Shown here piece by piece: positions 60,781-64,000 of a stretch of 64,000 nt of DNA. The notes beneath the pieces are model-generated. The model ran no database searches and was not told the origin of the DNA. It saw only the letters and a list, made by a program, of their open reading frames with translations. Every line of letters starts with the position of its first letter. Within the stretch, counting starts at the first letter, position 1. The translations under genes and the position numbers were made by a program. Source of the DNA: a virus; IMG/VR virus record IMGVR_UViG_3300031973_001557, positions 1-64,000 of that record; one strand, given 5' to 3'.

Positions 60781-61556
60781 TGAAATGTAAAAGATTAAGA
60801 AGTTACGAAAAACCTTTACAGGTATTAGAGCTTTATACTGCAGTTCAATCTGAAGGTTCAAGACAAGGTTACCCTACTATTGTAGTTAGAACATCAGGAT
60901 GTACTCATAGATGCTTCTTTGGTGAAGGTGGATGGTGTGATAGTTGGTATACATCTATTCATCCGGAAAAAGGTACTTTCTGTTTTAATGACATTATCAA
61001 AATGTATGATGATAATCCTCATATAAAAGAGATGATGTTAACTGGGGGATCTCCTACTATGCACCCTGCTTTAGTAAATGAATTAACTCATTTTGCTCAT
61101 GAGCGAGGAATCTTTATTACTATTGAAACAGAAGGATCTCATTTTTTAGAAACTGATTATCCTATTAATCTATTATCTATTTCACCTAAATTTAGTAATT
61201 CTATTCCAGTAGTAGGAGCTAAAACACCGCTAGGAGAGATAGTAGATGAGAAGATGATCATCAAACATAACAGTAAACGATTGAATAAAGAAGCAATCAA
61301 AGCTTCTATTGAATATCATAATGATTATCATATTAAACCAGTATTAGATAAAGATTTAACTATTCTTCCGGAAGTAGAGGAGTTTGTTAAAGAGTTAGAG
61401 ATACCAGATGAAAAGATTTGGTGTATGCCTGCTGGAGATGATATTCCTGCTCTACAAGAATCCTATCCTGTAGTAATGAACTTTGTTAGAGATAGAGGAT
61501 GGAGATTTACAGGTAGAAGTCATATTATGGCTTTTGGTACAGAAAGATGTGTTTAA
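60780..61556 (+). CDS. queE: 7-carboxy-7-deazaguanine synthase (radical SAM)
   Basis: QSEG...G.P...RTSGCTHRC..(insert)..WCDS, LTGG, IETEG, SISPK. Confidence 0.92.
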   Translation: MKCKRLRSYEKPLQVLELYTAVQSEGSRQGYPTIVVRTSGCTHRCFFGEGGWCDSWYTSIHPEKGTFCFNDIIKMYDDNPHIKEMMLTGGSPTMHPALVNELTHFAHERGIFITIETEGSHFLETDYPINLLSISPKFSNSIPVVGAKTPLGEIVDEKMIIKHNSKRLNKEAIKASIEYHNDYHIKPVLDKDLTILPEVEEFVKELEIPDEKIWCMPAGDDIPALQESYPVVMNFVRDRGWRFTGRSHIMAFGTERCV

Positions 61557-61572
61557 TATTTAAAATAAAATT

Positions 61573-62598
61573 ATGCAAGATAACAGAAATAAGGAAAAAA
61601 AATATGAGTGGATCGGAGATGTTAAATCTTATAAGGAACCGGAAGATAATGAATATTCGGTAAAATATAATGAACCGGATAGAGAATATGATGCTACTTA
61701 TAGACCTACAAAAGCTGATATCGAGACATTTCCTGATCTTCAAAATGGACCTTCATCTTTGATTCAAGGAAGTCCTGTAGAGATCCAACAAGTAGGTATT
61801 CATAATTTTAGATTACCTCTTAAGTATGAAAAGCGTGGAGGAGGGGATATTGAATTAGAAACTCGAGTAACCGGAACAGTATCCTTAGCAGCTCATAAGA
61901 AAGGAATTAATATGTCTCGTATTATGAGATCTTTCTATAAGTTTAAAGATGATTACGTATATGATAAGTTAGATGATATTCTAATGAAGTATAAAGATAA
62001 TCTAGATTCATTTGATGCTAAGATTGGATTACATTTTTCTTATCCTATTTTACAACCTTCTTTAAGATCAAATAATGCTGGTTATCAATATTATAATGTA
62101 ACTTTAGAAGGTAATATTGATTATACAGGTAATTTTAAAAAGATCTTACATTTTGATTTTGTTTATTCTTCTGCTTGTCCTTGTTCGTATGAATTAGCCG
62201 AGCATGCAAGAAAGTATAGAAATAAAGCAACAGTATCTCATTCTCAAAGATCGGTAGCTAGAATATCAATAGAGTTTGATAAAATTGTATGGATAGAAGA
62301 TCTACAAGAGATGTGTGCTAAAGCTCTTAAGACCGAAACTCAAGTAGTTGTAAAGAGAGAAGACGAAATGGCCTTTGCTGAACTTAATGGTTCTTATCTC
62401 AAATTTGTAGAAGATGCCGCTCGATTATTATACGAACAATTATCCGAAGATAAAAGAGTAAAAGATTTTAGAGTAATATGCTCTCATCAAGAGTCTCTAC
62501 ACTCTCACGATGCAATATCGGTTATAACAGCACCAAACAGCAAGTTTAGTCAAGATATATCACATGAGGTATGGTCCAGTTTAATTCATATTTCGTAA
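61573..62598 (+). CDS. folE2: GTP cyclohydrolase I type B
   Basis: PDLQ, VGI, KGINMSR, SACPCS, HSQRS, VKREDE, FVEDAAR, ESLHSHDA. Confidence 0.93.
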   Translation: MQDNRNKEKKYEWIGDVKSYKEPEDNEYSVKYNEPDREYDATYRPTKADIETFPDLQNGPSSLIQGSPVEIQQVGIHNFRLPLKYEKRGGGDIELETRVTGTVSLAAHKKGINMSRIMRSFYKFKDDYVYDKLDDILMKYKDNLDSFDAKIGLHFSYPILQPSLRSNNAGYQYYNVTLEGNIDYTGNFKKILHFDFVYSSACPCSYELAEHARKYRNKATVSHSQRSVARISIEFDKIVWIEDLQEMCAKALKTETQVVVKREDEMAFAELNGSYLKFVEDAARLLYEQLSEDKRVKDFRVICSHQESLHSHDAISVITAPNSKFSQDISHEVWSSLIHIS

Positions 62599-62671
62599 AA
62601 AAGATTTATTAAAAAGGTAGAAAAGTCGAAGAAAAATCGCTATCTTAAGAATATAATTAGAATAAATATAT

Positions 62672-63172
62672 ATGCAATATAAATATAGTAGAAGAGATGA
62701 TTATGTACCGTTTGTATCCGAGGTAGAACAATTTAATGAAGCCTTTAATAAGCCTAACAAGTATATTCCTAATGTTCCCGAAAAAGAACAATGGATGTTT
62801 GTGTATAACTTTATCTTAGAGGAGTTAAATGAGTATAAAGAAGCATGCGAGAGAGGGGATGTAGTAGAGGTCTTAGATGCATTAGCCGATATTACTTATG
62901 TTGCAACCGGAAATGGTGTAATGCTACATGGTCTTAAAGATCATTTTGAAGCAGCTTATGAAGAAGTACATCAATCAAATATGTCTAAGTTGTGTAAGAC
63001 TTTAGAGGAAGCCGAACAGACGCGCGACCTGCGGTCCGAACAACAAGGTGAACCATGTCATATTGAACAAAGAGATGATTACTGGGTAGTATTAAGAAGT
63101 AGTGATCGTAAGGTCATGAAGTCGGTTAACTATTTCCCACCAAATTTAAGCGCGATATTAAATGAGCAGTAA
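62672..63172 (+). CDS. MazG-like all-alpha nucleotide pyrophosphohydrolase
   Basis: EELNEY...EVLDALAD..YV...EVHQSNMSK. Confidence 0.85.
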   Translation: MQYKYSRRDDYVPFVSEVEQFNEAFNKPNKYIPNVPEKEQWMFVYNFILEELNEYKEACERGDVVEVLDALADITYVATGNGVMLHGLKDHFEAAYEEVHQSNMSKLCKTLEEAEQTRDLRSEQQGEPCHIEQRDDYWVVLRSSDRKVMKSVNYFPPNLSAILNEQ

Positions 63173-64000
63173 GGAGCAATTAGTACTACCTTACAAAAAG
63201 TGTTATGCAGAAAAAGGTAGAGGGAATAACTATACTATTCACTTATGGGATGATGGTGGATATAATCAATTAGATTGGCGTAATTATGCTTACAAAGAAT
63301 CTGATTATGGTGAGTATGAAGGTTTCCGAGGTGAGAAGTTAGATAAAGTGTATCAATGGGATTATGATGATAAGACTATTCATTATCATGATATGCAACC
63401 GGCTCAAAAGTTTCTGATCGAAACCTACGGTACTAATGATGAGCCTTCGACTTCACATAAAGAATTATTTTTCGATATTGAGATTGAGATTGGTGGACGA
63501 TTAACTCAAGAGTACATCCGTCAAGCTCCAATGCCTTGTACTTCTATTGCTTGGTATGATAAGTTTAGAGATAAGTGGGGTATCTTGATTTTAGATAAGC
63601 AAGGTAAAATGCAATACTCTGAAAAGGGTAATAAAGAGATTATACCTGTTCGTACAGAAAAAGAGTTACTTGCTAAATGGGTTGAACGTATTAGAGAAAT
63701 CGATCCAGATATCTTAATCGGATATAATAGTGATCATTTCGATATTCCTTATTTATATTTTCGTATCTGTAATGTATTAGGAGAGGAATGGGCTATGGCT
63801 ATGTCTCCTATTAATATTGCAAGAGATATATCTCAATGGTCTAGAGAACGTACTATTGAGTTTGCCGGTTTAGAAACTTTAGATTACTTACGACTACATA
63901 AGCAGTTCTCTATGAGAGAAGAACCTTCTTATAAGTTAGATGCTATTGGAGAGAAGTATGCTGGGTTAGGTAAGATTGAGTATGAAGGATCTCTTAATCG
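63162..64000 (+). CDS. Family B DNA polymerase, N-terminal and 3'-5' exonuclease part (3'-truncated)
   Basis: ATG at 63162, open to the window end; ExoI FFDIEIE, ExoII GYNSDHFDIPYL, SYKLDAIGE. Confidence 0.92.
   Translation, partial: MSSKEQLVLPYKKCYAEKGRGNNYTIHLWDDGGYNQLDWRNYAYKESDYGEYEGFRGEKLDKVYQWDYDDKTIHYHDMQPAQKFLIETYGTNDEPSTSHKELFFDIEIEIGGRLTQEYIRQAPMPCTSIAWYDKFRDKWGILILDKQGKMQYSEKGNKEIIPVRTEKELLAKWVERIREIDPDILIGYNSDHFDIPYLYFRICNVLGEEWAMAMSPINIARDISQWSRERTIEFAGLETLDYLRLHKQFSMREEPSYKLDAIGEKYAGLGKIEYEGSLN

Noticed and set aside
7611-61743. Short minus-strand ORFs in the track (7611, 20185, 21669, 25076, 28240, 32307, 35927, 36745, 37129, 37366, 39812, 41370, 49411, 50745, 61525)
   Set aside because: All lie antisense to well-supported + strand genes and have no recognisable motifs.
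1-64000. Stop-codon reassignment
   Set aside because: Core genes are full length in the standard code, and TAA, TAG and TGA all end genes next to the following start.
1-64000. tRNA, rRNA or other structured RNA genes
   Set aside because: Intergenic gaps are short and AT-rich, and no cloverleaf or T-loop signatures were seen by eye; a covariance search was not possible.

Overview
AT-rich segment of a large T4-like (myovirus-type) phage genome with every credible gene on the + strand. The host is probably Bacteroidota (Flavobacteria-like), inferred from TTG-N20/21-TAnnTT-type promoters, D-T/S-hydrophobic motifs in a membrane protein and the RNR type. Order: (1) 1-8.2 kb, a cluster of probable internal head proteins, including a >826-aa beads-on-a-string polyprotein cut by the window edge; (2) 8.9-17.9 kb, head module (terminase, portal, core proteins, prohead protease, scaffold, major capsid); (3) 18-30.4 kb, PhoH, neck proteins and three fibre/adhesin/small-protein triads; (4) 30.5-46 kb, contractile tail (sheath, tube, chaperone with a likely +1 frameshift extension, tape measure, baseplate, M23 hub); (5) 46-55 kb, replication (divergent PolA-like enzyme, SSB, RecA/UvsX, 5'-3' exonuclease, helicase, NrdB/NrdA); (6) 56.5-64 kb, a 7-deazaguanine DNA-modification operon (queC, queD, dpdA-like, formyltransferase, kinase, queF, queE, folE2), then a MazG-like pyrophosphatase and a family B DNA polymerase. 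The best candidate for an undescribed system is capsid cargo loading: polyproteins of unrelated enzyme modules joined by [ILV]-x-E prohead-protease-type sites, with shared N-terminal or internal targeting peptides. All functional calls come from motif recognition by eye; no searches were run.
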